Positions 36,864-48,478 of a stretch of 64,000 bases of DNA are shown here, in pieces. Numbering within the stretch: position 1 is the stretch's first letter; the number at the start of each line of letters is the position of its first letter. The notes beneath the pieces were generated by a model. That model did not search any database and was not told the origin of the DNA. It was given only the letters and a program-made list of their open reading frames with translations. This DNA comes from a virus (taxonomy: Duplodnaviria > Caudoviricetes), in IMG/VR virus record IMGVR_UViG_3300017913_002143, positions 10,909-74,908 of that record. One strand, written 5' to 3'. The position numbers and the translations under genes were made by a program.

Positions 36864-37930
36864 TGGCTAATTTTGAAACACTAAAAGATTACAATCGCGT
36901 ACCAGTAAACCTACGAAAGAGTCAGGTTGAAGAAGTACTTCCAGAATACTTTGTTGAGGACTATCCAAACTTAGTTACCTTCTTGGAAGGATACTATGAT
37001 TATCTTGATTCAGATAGACAATGGGGTGGTATAACTCAAGAACTTACTACAGTTCGTGACTATGAAGATACAACTCTCAAAAGACTTGATCTACTTCTTG
37101 AAGAAGTTGGATTGGGTATATCTCAAGGTCAATTTTCGCAACCGCGGGAAGTTGTAAAAAACTTTGGTAACTTCTTTAGAGTAAAAGGTTCAGAGTATTC
37201 TGGATATGGCTTTTGGAGAGCATTCTTTGATATTGAAGATGTAGAGATTACATATCCAAAAGAAAGATTATTTAGACCAGGTATATCAACAATTGGTGTT
37301 GAAGATTCCTGGATTATCCAAGATGGTGGTATATATCAAATCTTTTCATTATTGATTAGATCTCCATTACCACTTGCAGATTGGGAACAGCTATGGCGTA
37401 AATATGTACATCCATCTGGATATCATCTAGCTGCAGAAGTAGTTCTTATTGGTATAGATGAGATGACTTATACTACAGCACAAAGTATTGCTGAAGATCC
37501 AGACATAGTCGTTGAGACATTTGCTACTCCTCTGTTCCAGAGCCTACATCAAGAAGGCGAAGTCACTGGCTTGTATCCAGACAATACAAACCTTGCAGGA
37601 TACATGCAGGCTGGTGGAGTTACTCATCGCAGTGGTTACTCAGCTCCATATGTACATCCTGGTTATGCAACACCTGGTGAAGTTGATGCGGATGCAGCAA
37701 GAGAACGTCTCAGCGTCTACAAGACACCAGAGGACTTTGGTCTTACAAAGACTATCAGATTCATTGATAGCAACTACAAGTCAATTGACAACTTGGCTGG
37801 CTTCCATCTCAAGTTTGATGACACGTTTGTCAAGTTCTCTGACTCATCATACACAACATTTGATATGATGTATCATGTACAATATAGTGACAGTGACGGT
37901 CCAATAACGCTGTACAACTATTATAAATAG
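36863..37930 (+). CDS. baseplate wedge initiator gp7-like (short form)
   Basis: LPEYF...YP..V.FLE.YY.YL, KGS, YQ.FS..IRS and HPSG motifs. Confidence 0.75.
   Translation: MANFETLKDYNRVPVNLRKSQVEEVLPEYFVEDYPNLVTFLEGYYDYLDSDRQWGGITQELTTVRDYEDTTLKRLDLLLEEVGLGISQGQFSQPREVVKNFGNFFRVKGSEYSGYGFWRAFFDIEDVEITYPKERLFRPGISTIGVEDSWIIQDGGIYQIFSLLIRSPLPLADWEQLWRKYVHPSGYHLAAEVVLIGIDEMTYTTAQSIAEDPDIVVETFATPLFQSLHQEGEVTGLYPDNTNLAGYMQAGGVTHRSGYSAPYVHPGYATPGEVDADAARERLSVYKTPEDFGLTKTIRFIDSNYKSIDNLAGFHLKFDDTFVKFSDSSYTTFDMMYHVQYSDSDGPITLYNYYK
37922..37929 (+). promoter_or_regulatory. late promoter
   Basis: TATAAATA at the end of gp7-like, 26 nt before the next ATG. Confidence 0.7.
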
Positions 37931-37955
37931 AGTTAATATTCACAGGAATTAAACA

Positions 37956-39149
37956 ATGGCAAGAGCAATAATAGCAATAGGAAGTGCGGGGAATGATGGT
38001 ACCGGTGATACCTTACGTGCCGGTGCAATTAAAATCAACGATAACTTTGCTGAACTTTACCAAGATGTTTCAAACCTAGGTCTTTTAGTTTCAGACTCTG
38101 CAGGAGGATTGAATCTTGAAGGTATTAGTTTTGATCAGCGTAGTGTAGTGTTTATTGGTGTAGATAGTCCAAACTCAACTCCTGCTGATAACAACGAAAC
38201 ATATTTAAGAGCAACTGAACCAACAAAAGATAATATTATCATCTTACCAGATTCTGGTGGTAATGTTGCCTTGACTCAAGACATTCCTAGGAAGGTGAGT
38301 CAACTTATTAACGACGCTGGATACGTAACAGGTAGTGGCGTAGGCATTGACTCAGCAATTGCATTAACATTGATTGGTGATAACTCTATTGACTCTATTG
38401 GTGTTATTCAGCTTATTGATGCAGCTTATATTCAGGCCAGAGAAAACAATCCAGCAGCTGGGTTAGACTCAGCATTAGTCAGACAAGAAATAGATCTGTA
38501 CGTTGATTCTGGATTTTTGAGAACTGCTGGTGAAACCGCATTCCTAGACTCAGCTGATTACTACGATACTATTGCAGCTAGCCATAGAGATAACTTCATA
38601 CCAATTAACAACAACACTAGAAGTTTAGGTGTTAACGCAACCAGATGGTCAGAACTATTTCTTGGAACAGCATTGGAAATTGATAGCGCTCGATTCATAT
38701 ATGATACAAGTGCTGATCAATTAACTATGGGTAAAGTTGCATCTTTAAAATTACAAGCAAATAATTTACAAGATAGTGCAATATTTGCATTAGGTAATAT
38801 ATCTGGAACAAGATACGTATCGCTGAACACAAATATTGTACCTTCAGCGGATAGTGCACTTGATCTTGGTGCAAGTACTCTGCAATGGCGAGATCTCAAA
38901 ATATCTCGTGCTATTCGTTTTGGTGATAGTGCATCGATAAGAAGACATCATCTTGGTGGTGGTATTCGTTTGAATCTTGCACGTTATGCAGACGCTGATC
39001 TTCCATCTGATGGAATGGCTGGAGATCTAATTATTATCACTGATGGTGATTCAGCTACACTTGGTCCAACACTAGCGTTTAAAGATAGTGACAACGGAAA
39101 TTATATTAAATTTAACACCGCGCAAGGAGTTGGCGGTGGTGGATTCTAA
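37956..39149 (+). CDS. gp9/gp10-type baseplate-fibre connector protein, Asp-Ser rich
   Basis: N-terminal IG..GNDGTGDTLR.GA.KINDNF.ELY motif of T4 gp9/gp10; 14 DS dipeptides. Confidence 0.75.
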   Translation: MARAIIAIGSAGNDGTGDTLRAGAIKINDNFAELYQDVSNLGLLVSDSAGGLNLEGISFDQRSVVFIGVDSPNSTPADNNETYLRATEPTKDNIIILPDSGGNVALTQDIPRKVSQLINDAGYVTGSGVGIDSAIALTLIGDNSIDSIGVIQLIDAAYIQARENNPAAGLDSALVRQEIDLYVDSGFLRTAGETAFLDSADYYDTIAASHRDNFIPINNNTRSLGVNATRWSELFLGTALEIDSARFIYDTSADQLTMGKVASLKLQANNLQDSAIFALGNISGTRYVSLNTNIVPSADSALDLGASTLQWRDLKISRAIRFGDSASIRRHHLGGGIRLNLARYADADLPSDGMAGDLIIITDGDSATLGPTLAFKDSDNGNYIKFNTAQGVGGGGF

Positions 39150-39168
39150 TCCATAAGGAAATAAAAAC

Positions 39169-40524
39169 ATGCCAGCAATTATTACATCATCTCTCAGAAA
39201 GCAGATTGCTCGTGACTTCTTCGATGGATTCACAGCAGGAAGCAGCCTATACTATATTAGTATAGGTCGTTCACAATTATGGGATAGTAGTGATACAACA
39301 CCCACTCCTGTTGATACTCCAGGTACTATCCAAGATGTTCGTGACAACATGCAATCTGTTAAAAAGGTTCAAGGATCTTCTTTAGTTGTTCCACGTTACA
39401 ATTGGACAAGTGGTACTGTATACAATCAGTATGATGATACCGTACAAGGTATTCCAAGTCCAACATACTACGTGAAGACAGACAACAATCAAGTTTACCT
39501 TTGTTATGAAACAGGTAGAGATTCTGATGGTGCTGTCCAGCCATCAATTGTTGAGCCAACATATTCAAACCTACATCCATTTAGATTATCTGATGGATAT
39601 GTTTGGAAGTTCTTGTATACCATCTCAGCTGAGAGATCAAACAATTTTATGGCCGCAAACTTCATGCCTGTTCAAAAGATTGGATCTGTTGATTCTAACT
39701 CAACTGGTATTGCGGTACGTCAGAAAGAAGTACAGGATGCATCTCAAGCTGGTGAGATTGTAAACATTACTCTGACTGATGGTGGTGCTGGATATACAAC
39801 TACCGTACCAACAGTTACAATTACATCAACATCTGGTAGTGGTGCTGCTGCTACAGCTCACATTGACTCAGCTCTTGGTGTTGTAACACATATCACAATG
39901 GATCCAGATAGCTCACGTTTGAAGTTGGGTAGCAAATACTTTGCTCATCCAACAATTACAATAACTGGTGGTAGTCCTACAGCAGCTGCTACAGCTCGTG
40001 CAGTACTTGGACCAGATTCTGGATTTGGTAATGATGCAAGAGAAGACTTGAATGCCCAAGCATTAATGTTCAACTCTAAGATGGAAGGTGACGATAGTGA
40101 CCTGATCACTGGTCAGGACTTCAGACAAGTATCATTGGTCAAAGATCCAAGACAACGTAATGGTGTAGTGTTTACTGACTTGACTGGTAATGCTATGGAT
40201 AAGATGAAACTCAGCACAATCACTACAGCATTCACACGCGATAAAGTATTACTTGGTGCAACATCTCTTGCAAAAGCAAATGTTGTACACATTGATTCAA
40301 ATGAAATCTACTACACACGAACAAATCAAACTGGGTTTGCAGATTTTACAAATGGTGAAGCATTATCAGAAACAACAGGTGCTGGCGCAGGTATTATCGA
40401 CTCCGCTCTCATACGTCCTAAATACGATAGAGAAACTGGTGAGATATTATTCATTGACAACAGAGCAGCTGTGTTAAGAGATCCAACCCAGGCAGAAGAT
40501 ATAAAGATTATTATTCAATTCTAA
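39169..40524 (+). CDS. gp8: baseplate wedge protein gp8
   Basis: VVPRYNWTSGTVY..YD, VYLC, DGYVWKFLY and GEILFIDNR motifs. Confidence 0.88.
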   Translation: MPAIITSSLRKQIARDFFDGFTAGSSLYYISIGRSQLWDSSDTTPTPVDTPGTIQDVRDNMQSVKKVQGSSLVVPRYNWTSGTVYNQYDDTVQGIPSPTYYVKTDNNQVYLCYETGRDSDGAVQPSIVEPTYSNLHPFRLSDGYVWKFLYTISAERSNNFMAANFMPVQKIGSVDSNSTGIAVRQKEVQDASQAGEIVNITLTDGGAGYTTTVPTVTITSTSGSGAAATAHIDSALGVVTHITMDPDSSRLKLGSKYFAHPTITITGGSPTAAATARAVLGPDSGFGNDAREDLNAQALMFNSKMEGDDSDLITGQDFRQVSLVKDPRQRNGVVFTDLTGNAMDKMKLSTITTAFTRDKVLLGATSLAKANVVHIDSNEIYYTRTNQTGFADFTNGEALSETTGAGAGIIDSALIRPKYDRETGEILFIDNRAAVLRDPTQAEDIKIIIQF

Positions 40525-40535
40525 GGAACTGAAGT

Positions 40536-43500
40536 ATGGCTACTAATTTAACGACTACCGCTTTTCTCGATACATATCGTGATGACTTTAAGGATAGTAA
40601 TCACTATCACCGCATTCTATTCAAAAGCGGCAAGGTCCTCCAAGCTCGTGAGCTTACCCAAATGCAGACAATTATCCAGAAGGAAATTGAACGCATGGGT
40701 ACAAACATCTTCAAAGAAGGTGCAGCTGTGCTTGGTGGTGGCATCACAGTTAACAACAGATACGAGTTTATCAAACTAGACACATCAGTAAATGCATTAC
40801 CTGGTACTCCTTCTCAAATGAATGGAGTGACAATCACTGGGGCAACATCAGGTGTGATTGCAAAGGTTAGAGAAGTAGTCACAGCAACTGGTGGTGATCC
40901 AGATACTTTGTATGTTGAGTATACATCAACTTCTTCTGGTACAGCTGGTGCAACTACTCCAGTTCGTTTTAGTCCTGGTGAGAATCTAACTAACTCTGTT
41001 ACACTACTTACAGTACAAACAACTAACACTGGTGTGAATCCAGCAGTTGGTGCAGGTACAAGAGCATCGACAAATACAGGTGTATTCTTTACTCAAGGTC
41101 ACTTTGTACAAGCTGATGCACAATCTAAAATTATTTCAAAATATACTAGTGATCCATCCTTGAATGTTGGATTTAGTGTTGAGCAAAGAATATTCACTGT
41201 TGATGATGATGGTGCGTTATATGACAATCAAGGTGCCGTACCAAATGTAACAGCACCTGGTGCTGATCGTTATCGTATCGATATGAACCTTGCACTAGAG
41301 TCTGAAGTAGACTCAGATGAAATCTTTGTATTCTATGCAAAGATTCAAAAAGGTAAAGTTATTGAAGTTGTTTCATCAGATGACTCATACAATAAGATTG
41401 AAGACTTCTCCGCAAAACGTATTCATGAGATTAATGGTGACTTTATTAAAAATCAGTTTAGAATTGTATATGAAGACCATCCAACAGATAATACAAAGAT
41501 CAATCTCAAAGTGTCTCCAGGTCTTGTATACCTGAATGGATATCGTAATGAGTATACAGGTACAACTACTATTGCTGTTAACAAAGCTGATGATACTGAA
41601 CAGATTACAAATGATGTAGTATCGGTTGGTATTGGTAATTATATTTTATGTGATAGTTCTCTAGGTGTTCCAAACATTGCTGAGTTTGAACAGTATAACA
41701 TTAAGGATGGATATCAGAACACAGGATCAACAATTGGTACATGTCGTGTTAAGTCGGTAGAAGAAGATGGAGCAAACATCCGTTACTACTTGATGGACAT
41801 TAGTATGAATGCTGGATCTAACTTCAAAGATGCTCGTTCAATTGCTGTCAACTCAACTAACTATGCAAACCCAATCCTTGAGAATGGTGATGCGGTACTA
41901 AAAGATAAGATTAACAACACCCTTATCTTCCCATTCCACTATCCACGCGTGCAGGGCTTGACAAACATATCTTATAATGTGTTACAAAGAATCACTAGAA
42001 CAACTGATGGTTCTGGTAATGCTTCTATGCCAACTCTGTCTGGATCAGAATTGTATGTTGATACAGGTGACTGGATCATTGCACGTACAGATACTGGCGC
42101 TTTGATTACGCCAACAATCACTTTATCAGGTGGTGGTACTGGTGCATCAATTAGTAGCGGTCCAACATCAACGACAATTGAGATCATTTATCTCAAGTCA
42201 GTTAATGCAAGTGCAAGAACAAAGACACTCACAAACACTACCACCACAACTACTGTAACAACACCTGCAACTGGTGCACCATACATTAGTTTGGGTAAAG
42301 CTGATATTATTGATATAGAAAGAGTTCGCATCACAGACTCGGCTGGTCAAGACATTAAAGGTCGTTGGATCCTTGACAATGGCCAAAGAGATAACTTCTA
42401 TGATGTTGGTAGATTGGTTCTCAAAGGTAATCAAACTGCACCACAAGGTAATGTGTTTGTGAGGTTCAACTATTATGCACATGGTGCATCTGGTGACTTC
42501 TTTGGACCTACTTCATATCCTTCTCCATATGGTGATATTCCAACATACACAAATAAGAGTGGGACGACGTTTGATCTAAAGAGCCACATTGATTTCCGCT
42601 CACGTAAGGATGATACGGGAGCTAACTTTACTGCAGGTACAGCAAGATATAATGCTCTGCCACAGAACACATCTCTTGTAACCGCAGATGTAACATACTA
42701 CTTGCCACGCTATGACAAGTTAATTGCAACAAATCCTCTAAAGTATGTTGAAGGTACATCAGCATTTGATCCACAGTTCCCACAAACACCTGCAGGTGCA
42801 ATTGAGCTGTATCAGGTTAAAATGAATGCTGGTACTGTTAATGACAGTGATATGCAAATGAAACGTATTGAAGCAAAAGGCTTCACTATGAAGGATATTG
42901 CTCGACTTGAAGATCGCTTAGACAATCTTGAAGAAGTTACAGCACTGAGCTTACTGGAAGTTGATCTGAAAAACTTCTCTGTACTTGATTCAGCTGGATT
43001 AGATCGTACAAAGTCTGGCTTCTTGGTTGATAACTTTATTGACCATCAATCATCTGCTGTTGATAATATTGAATATAGAGCATCTGTTGATCCTCAGAAT
43101 AAGATTCTAAGACCTTCATTCTCAGAGAATGAAATTAAGATGATGTATGATTCATCTCTGTCAACCAATACTATTCAGAAGGGTGATAATGTATACATTA
43201 AGTATACACATGAGTCATTCATCAATCAAGATATTGCATCTGGTACAGAAAACATTAACCCATTTGCTGTTATCACAAATGATGGCTATATGAATCTATC
43301 TCCAAGCTCAGACACTTGGAAAGAAACAAAGGTTCGTCACACTAAAGTTATCTCAGGTGGTACTAGACTTGACAATCAGTCAAAGAGACTGTTTGGTAAC
43401 TGGAACTGGAACTGGGGTGGGGTTGCAGTAGGTACAAATGTAACTGGTGCAAGAACTCAAGTTGAAGGTCAGTTTAACGTAACTCGAGTTAATCGTGTTG

Positions 43501-45608
43501 TATCAGAACAAACAATTCGTGAAGTTGTTGACGAGCGTATTGTTGATGTAGCAATGATCCCATTCATGCGTTCATTAAGAGTATACTTCAAAGTTGATGG
43601 ACTGAGACCAAACACTCGTCACTATCCATTCTTTGATGGTGTATCGGTTGCTGATTGGGTAGATGGTACAGCATCATTTACAAGATCTGGTTCAGATGGA
43701 AACATTGTTGGTAATAGATTTAATCGTGCAACAACACATCCAGATACTTCATCAGCATCTGATAGAGTTCTGACTACAAACTCAGCTGGTTCAGTAAGTG
43801 GATCATTCTTTATTCCAAACACATCTGCAATCAGATTCAGAACAGGTACATTACCATTTGAGTTGATGGATGTTACTGGTGGTGATAAGAACTTTGCTAC
43901 TTCATCAGCAACAGGATACTTCAGTTCAACTGGTGTACTGAATACAGTTGATCGTACAGTAAAGGCAACTCGTCAGATTGCAATCAGATCTGTTGTAACT
44001 GGACGTTCACGTATCACACCTCCACAGGATGATGGTGATCCAAATCCAAATGATCCGTTGGCACAATCATTCTTTGTGAATAAGCCAAATGGTGTATTCA
44101 TTACTAAGGTGAAGGTGTTCTTCAAGACTAAGGATGCTGCAATTCCTGTACAGCTTCAGATTCGTCCAATGGTTAATGGATATCCTGATAACATTCCAGT
44201 ACCAGGAGCAGTTAAGTTCTTGAATCCTGTTGATGTAAATACATCAGCTGATTCTAATACAGCTACAGAATTTGAGTTTGATGAGCCAGTATTCTTGAGT
44301 GGCTTGACAGAGTATGCTATTGTATTGCTAGCGCAGTCAGTAGACTATCTTGTGTATGTAGCTGAAACAGAAAAGTTTGAGATTGGATCTACAGCACGTA
44401 AGGTTGCAAAACAGCCTACACTTGGATCACTATTCTTATCACAGAATGGTTCCACATGGAATGCAGCTCAGAATAAGGATATGAAGTTTGAGTTGATGCA
44501 AGCTAAGTTCCCTCATACTTCAGCTAATGTTGTTCTTGAAAACGCAAACCTACCAAAGCAGCTGCTGCCAATTGATCCTCTAACAATGGATTCACAGTCA
44601 TCAACATTGACTGTACTTGCACCAAACCATGGGTTGGTTGTAGGTGACTTGGTTAACTTGACTGGTCTTGATAGTACAACAAACTATGGTGGTACTAACA
44701 TTACAGGTGCTGTAGTAAATGGTAACCATACAATTACAGCAATTGATGAAAACACATATCAAGTTACTTTGAGTCAATCGTCAGATTCTGGATTAACATT
44801 TGGTGGCGATGCTGTTCTAACATCTCAGAACTATCAATATGAGATTATGGTACCAAGATTCCAAACGCTTGTACCACAGAATACAGATGTTACAATTGAT
44901 GTTAAATTAACTCAAGGTAAGTCACTTGCTGGTACAGAGACACAATACAATAAAGATAATTCTTATACACGTATTGTATTGAATGAAGATAACTACTTTG
45001 ATACACCAAAAGTTGTTGCAAACGAGAATCGTGAAGGAGTATCAATGTCTGGTGATAAGTCAGCAACAATCAAGCTGAACTTGACTACATCAGATAGTGA
45101 TCTAGCTCCTGTGATTGACTTGCAGAGAGCTGGATTATGGTTATTCCACAATGAGATTGACTTCCAAGACTCTGCTGGTTCACCTGGTGTACTAACAAAT
45201 AACAACAGAAACAATCCAGTTGACTTTGCTGATGAGACTGATCCAACAGGTGGTTCACATCTTGCAAAGCATATTGTAAAACCTGTTGTACTTGAGTCTC
45301 CATCAGTTGGTATCAAAGTACTGCTTTCTGCTAATAAGCCTTCGACAGCAAACTTTGATGTATACTACAAGGCAATCCAAGAAGATGAGAACTTTGAGGA
45401 CTTCAACTGGGTTGAGATATCTGCAGAAGAAAATGTGCAGTCTGATGAAGATCCATCAGTGTACAGAGATTATACATATTTGATTGGTGGCCAGCAAGGT
45501 TTCTCAACACCGTTTGATAAGTTTATCATTAAGATTGTTATGAAAACTACAAATGCTGCTCTTGTACCATCATTCAAAGACTTGAGGGTGATAGCACTGG
45601 CAGTATAA
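40536..45608 (+). CDS. large virion structural protein (VrlC-like)
   Basis: Y.DDF...NHY.RILFK.G..LQARELTQ.Q, APGADRY, KSGFLVDNF and DPLAQSF motifs. Confidence 0.8.
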   Translation: MATNLTTTAFLDTYRDDFKDSNHYHRILFKSGKVLQARELTQMQTIIQKEIERMGTNIFKEGAAVLGGGITVNNRYEFIKLDTSVNALPGTPSQMNGVTITGATSGVIAKVREVVTATGGDPDTLYVEYTSTSSGTAGATTPVRFSPGENLTNSVTLLTVQTTNTGVNPAVGAGTRASTNTGVFFTQGHFVQADAQSKIISKYTSDPSLNVGFSVEQRIFTVDDDGALYDNQGAVPNVTAPGADRYRIDMNLALESEVDSDEIFVFYAKIQKGKVIEVVSSDDSYNKIEDFSAKRIHEINGDFIKNQFRIVYEDHPTDNTKINLKVSPGLVYLNGYRNEYTGTTTIAVNKADDTEQITNDVVSVGIGNYILCDSSLGVPNIAEFEQYNIKDGYQNTGSTIGTCRVKSVEEDGANIRYYLMDISMNAGSNFKDARSIAVNSTNYANPILENGDAVLKDKINNTLIFPFHYPRVQGLTNISYNVLQRITRTTDGSGNASMPTLSGSELYVDTGDWIIARTDTGALITPTITLSGGGTGASISSGPTSTTIEIIYLKSVNASARTKTLTNTTTTTTVTTPATGAPYISLGKADIIDIERVRITDSAGQDIKGRWILDNGQRDNFYDVGRLVLKGNQTAPQGNVFVRFNYYAHGASGDFFGPTSYPSPYGDIPTYTNKSGTTFDLKSHIDFRSRKDDTGANFTAGTARYNALPQNTSLVTADVTYYLPRYDKLIATNPLKYVEGTSAFDPQFPQTPAGAIELYQVKMNAGTVNDSDMQMKRIEAKGFTMKDIARLEDRLDNLEEVTALSLLEVDLKNFSVLDSAGLDRTKSGFLVDNFIDHQSSAVDNIEYRASVDPQNKILRPSFSENEIKMMYDSSLSTNTIQKGDNVYIKYTHESFINQDIASGTENINPFAVITNDGYMNLSPSSDTWKETKVRHTKVISGGTRLDNQSKRLFGNWNWNWGGVAVGTNVTGARTQVEGQFNVTRVNRVVSEQTIREVVDERIVDVAMIPFMRSLRVYFKVDGLRPNTRHYPFFDGVSVADWVDGTASFTRSGSDGNIVGNRFNRATTHPDTSSASDRVLTTNSAGSVSGSFFIPNTSAIRFRTGTLPFELMDVTGGDKNFATSSATGYFSSTGVLNTVDRTVKATRQIAIRSVVTGRSRITPPQDDGDPNPNDPLAQSFFVNKPNGVFITKVKVFFKTKDAAIPVQLQIRPMVNGYPDNIPVPGAVKFLNPVDVNTSADSNTATEFEFDEPVFLSGLTEYAIVLLAQSVDYLVYVAETEKFEIGSTARKVAKQPTLGSLFLSQNGSTWNAAQNKDMKFELMQAKFPHTSANVVLENANLPKQLLPIDPLTMDSQSSTLTVLAPNHGLVVGDLVNLTGLDSTTNYGGTNITGAVVNGNHTITAIDENTYQVTLSQSSDSGLTFGGDAVLTSQNYQYEIMVPRFQTLVPQNTDVTIDVKLTQGKSLAGTETQYNKDNSYTRIVLNEDNYFDTPKVVANENREGVSMSGDKSATIKLNLTTSDSDLAPVIDLQRAGLWLFHNEIDFQDSAGSPGVLTNNNRNNPVDFADETDPTGGSHLAKHIVKPVVLESPSVGIKVLLSANKPSTANFDVYYKAIQEDENFEDFNWVEISAEENVQSDEDPSVYRDYTYLIGGQQGFSTPFDKFIIKIVMKTTNAALVPSFKDLRVIALAV

Positions 45609-45808
45609 TGAAAGCAAGAGTTGAAGGTCATAATACTCTTATTCGTGACTTGAATAATAATGCTATTTTGAATGTTGATGCAGTATCTGTTCAACGAGCT
45701 CGAGAAGCGAAGAGGGTTAGGAAGAATAACAAACAGGAACTTGAAGAATTAAAGCATGAGGTTGGTGAACTCAAGTTAATGATGAGAGAGATACTGGATA
45801 GACTATAA
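45608..45808 (+). CDS. small coiled-coil protein
   Basis: V.GH..L.RD...AI.N motif; coupled to the VrlC-like gene. Confidence 0.7.
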   Translation: MKARVEGHNTLIRDLNNNAILNVDAVSVQRAREAKRVRKNNKQELEELKHEVGELKLMMREILDRL

Positions 45809-46758
45809 TGGCAAGAAAAATACATATTGACAGCGATTATACTATCCAGCAATGGATTGATAGTCAGAATGGTATGTCTGACTTCATGGGTGATCTTAGT
45901 AATTTTGAAGCTCGATTCAAGAATACTAAACTAGATGACTATCCTGGATATAATGATTCGTCATTTGTGACTGCACTAAACTTTATCAATGATCCTTGGG
46001 TCGAATATCTGCGAGGTTTGTTTGGTGGTGGGAAGGTAAAGATTAGTGCTGAACTATTAGTTGACTCTGCAGCATTCCAAACATTAAGACTTGCTGATAG
46101 TACCGATAGTAGTGCTAATCCAATGCTACATGGTCCAACAACCAGACCAAGGTTTAGCAAATTCTATACACATATGTTTGCTGACACTACTGGTGTAAAT
46201 GCTAGACATACTGGTTATGATAATGGAGATGATCCAACAGCAACCAGTATATACATTGGTGCAAATAATCGTTGGCCTAATCCAGATGCTCCAGGTATTA
46301 TGTCGTTTGATTATGACTTGACTGTACAAGACTCAGCATTCTTCAACAACATAAGAGTTGGTGCATCCAAAGGCTTCCTATTTCAGGGTGCAGACAGTTG
46401 TCATTTTGATTACATTAATATTAAAGATAGTGGCTTCATTCGTGGTATTGGTCCAAACGATTCAAATGACTTTATCAAGATAGTATTTGCGGATATTGAT
46501 TCAAGTTCAACGATTGACTCTGCTTACATAGGGACATTACGTTCTAATAATATTATCAACGATAGCTCAACGTTTGGTATATTGAGAATAAATAATATAT
46601 TAGTACTAGATAGTAATAATGCAACTTTAAAGTTAGAACAAGATAGTCCAACGTTTGATGGAGTAAGTAAGTTTTTGATCACTGATTCACTTGGGCCTGA
46701 TTCACCAAACGATGCTGGTGTTATACGTTTTGGCTCATACAAGTTAGATTCGATTTAA
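45808..46758 (+). CDS. virion or fibre-associated protein, Asp-Ser rich
   Basis: N-terminus is paralogous to 46769 (I.QW...N.MSD..GDL); 18 DS dipeptides. Confidence 0.7.
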   Translation: MARKIHIDSDYTIQQWIDSQNGMSDFMGDLSNFEARFKNTKLDDYPGYNDSSFVTALNFINDPWVEYLRGLFGGGKVKISAELLVDSAAFQTLRLADSTDSSANPMLHGPTTRPRFSKFYTHMFADTTGVNARHTGYDNGDDPTATSIYIGANNRWPNPDAPGIMSFDYDLTVQDSAFFNNIRVGASKGFLFQGADSCHFDYINIKDSGFIRGIGPNDSNDFIKIVFADIDSSSTIDSAYIGTLRSNNIINDSSTFGILRINNILVLDSNNATLKLEQDSPTFDGVSKFLITDSLGPDSPNDAGVIRFGSYKLDSI

Positions 46759-46768
46759 GGAACACGTT

Positions 46769-47464
46769 ATGACACGTAAAGAGAATATTCAAACTTTTGC
46801 TCCTATTGGCCAGTGGGTAGCCAAAACAAATCTGATGTCCGATTACATTGGAGATCTTGATCTTCTTGACTCAGCGTTCTTACGGTTTGATTCTACTAAT
46901 GGTAAAACAAATGATTCAAATGTTGTTGCAGCAATTAACTTTTTGTGGACAGCAGTTGATAGTGTATACAACCAGCTTACACAAGGTGTGCTACGTCTTG
47001 GTAACTTAACAGCAGACTCTGGTACGTTTAGAATTATTCGTGTTGGCATGATGCAAGCTGACAGTGCTACTATTGATAGTGCTTATATTCAAAACCTCAC
47101 AGTTGCTGGTCGACTGGATGTTGAGTCTGCAGACTTTGATAAGATTACTGTAGAATATATCAACGTTGCACAAAATGGTACTCTGACTATTGACTCAGCT
47201 ACCGTCCATACTTTGAATGCTCAACATCTGTTAGCAGATAGTGCACGTATCAATACTGCTACAATTAACAATATCATGGCTGATAGTGCAACAATAGATA
47301 GTGCATATATTAATGACACTTTGGTAATTGGTACTGGAGGGATTATTCAAATAGATGGTGTAGACTTAACAGATGCAAAGAAACTTGAGATTAAGAATGA
47401 AGCTGGAACAGTAGTCTTAGGTGGCTATTTGTTATCAACTTCTAATACAATTGGAACTCCATAA
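46769..47464 (+). CDS. short fibre-like protein, Asp-Ser rich
   Basis: ADSATIDSAYI repeats; 11 DS dipeptides. Confidence 0.7.
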   Translation: MTRKENIQTFAPIGQWVAKTNLMSDYIGDLDLLDSAFLRFDSTNGKTNDSNVVAAINFLWTAVDSVYNQLTQGVLRLGNLTADSGTFRIIRVGMMQADSATIDSAYIQNLTVAGRLDVESADFDKITVEYINVAQNGTLTIDSATVHTLNAQHLLADSARINTATINNIMADSATIDSAYINDTLVIGTGGIIQIDGVDLTDAKKLEIKNEAGTVVLGGYLLSTSNTIGTP

Positions 47465-48477
47465 TGGCTTTGAGAGCACTTATTGAAGATGGGTCTACTC
47501 GAATAAGAGAGACCACGGTTGCTGAGCATAATGCAATGCTTGGAAGAATAGCATATTTGTATCAGACAGGAACGGTTCCTGTTACACTAAGTGTCGTATC
47601 TAGTGGTGGTAACATTTCTCCAAATATGACCGATACCAGATATAAATCTGGTACAGCGGCTCGAAACACATCAGGTCCTTGGCCAGCAGTAACCTCATTT
47701 CCCTCAGAATCACAAACTGGTGAACCGCAACTTGTTACGGGTGTTACTTACGATAAAATCAACCAAACTACAACTTCTGTTACAGCTTTTGCCAATAGTG
47801 ATTACCAGAGTCTAGCTGTAAAACCGGTTCTTTTTGATGGTAGTAATACTATTCAAGAAATGACTTATGCACAGGTGTTACAGTATTTTATAAATCCCGT
47901 AGTACTTGCTATGCAACAATCTACCAATACTGAAGCTGCAGCTGGTGGATCATATTACATATCAACCGCAGGATCTGTATCTGGGTCAACTAACTTAGGT
48001 ACAGTATTTGTCGACACGTCTGCAAATGCTTCTGGATACTTGGCAACTAATATTGGTACTGCTGGAACAACGCAAGATGTTTTCAATAGTACTACCTATT
48101 ATCTGTATAGAGTAGATTCTAGTTTTTCATCACAAGGTAGTGGTTATAGAACTCCATTGATGATTGATTATGGCCAAAGTAGCAGATCGTCTCAAACTCC
48201 AGCTGGTCTAAGACATATGACATATACTGAGTTTGATAATTTGTTTAGTCCGTTGGTCAAACATGCAATCAGTACTGAAGCTGGATATCGTGTGTCATAC
48301 AACATTAATGGCTCGGGTACAAGGCAGGGTACATTAATTGCAAATAGACAAATGGTTGGTGTCAGTGGGGCGTATACAACATATAAAGCTACTGGTGATG
48401 ATTATCGTGCTCAAGAATTTCCAAACGGCACAATAGTAAATGTCAATGAATATGAATTAAAGTTAGAGAGAACTTAA
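47464..48477 (+). CDS. virion structural protein
   Basis: Thr/Ser/Gly-rich; YRAQEFPNG C-terminal motif recalled from marine T4-like virion proteins. Confidence 0.65.
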   Translation: MALRALIEDGSTRIRETTVAEHNAMLGRIAYLYQTGTVPVTLSVVSSGGNISPNMTDTRYKSGTAARNTSGPWPAVTSFPSESQTGEPQLVTGVTYDKINQTTTSVTAFANSDYQSLAVKPVLFDGSNTIQEMTYAQVLQYFINPVVLAMQQSTNTEAAAGGSYYISTAGSVSGSTNLGTVFVDTSANASGYLATNIGTAGTTQDVFNSTTYYLYRVDSSFSSQGSGYRTPLMIDYGQSSRSSQTPAGLRHMTYTEFDNLFSPLVKHAISTEAGYRVSYNINGSGTRQGTLIANRQMVGVSGAYTTYKATGDDYRAQEFPNGTIVNVNEYELKLERT

Positions 48478-48478
48478 A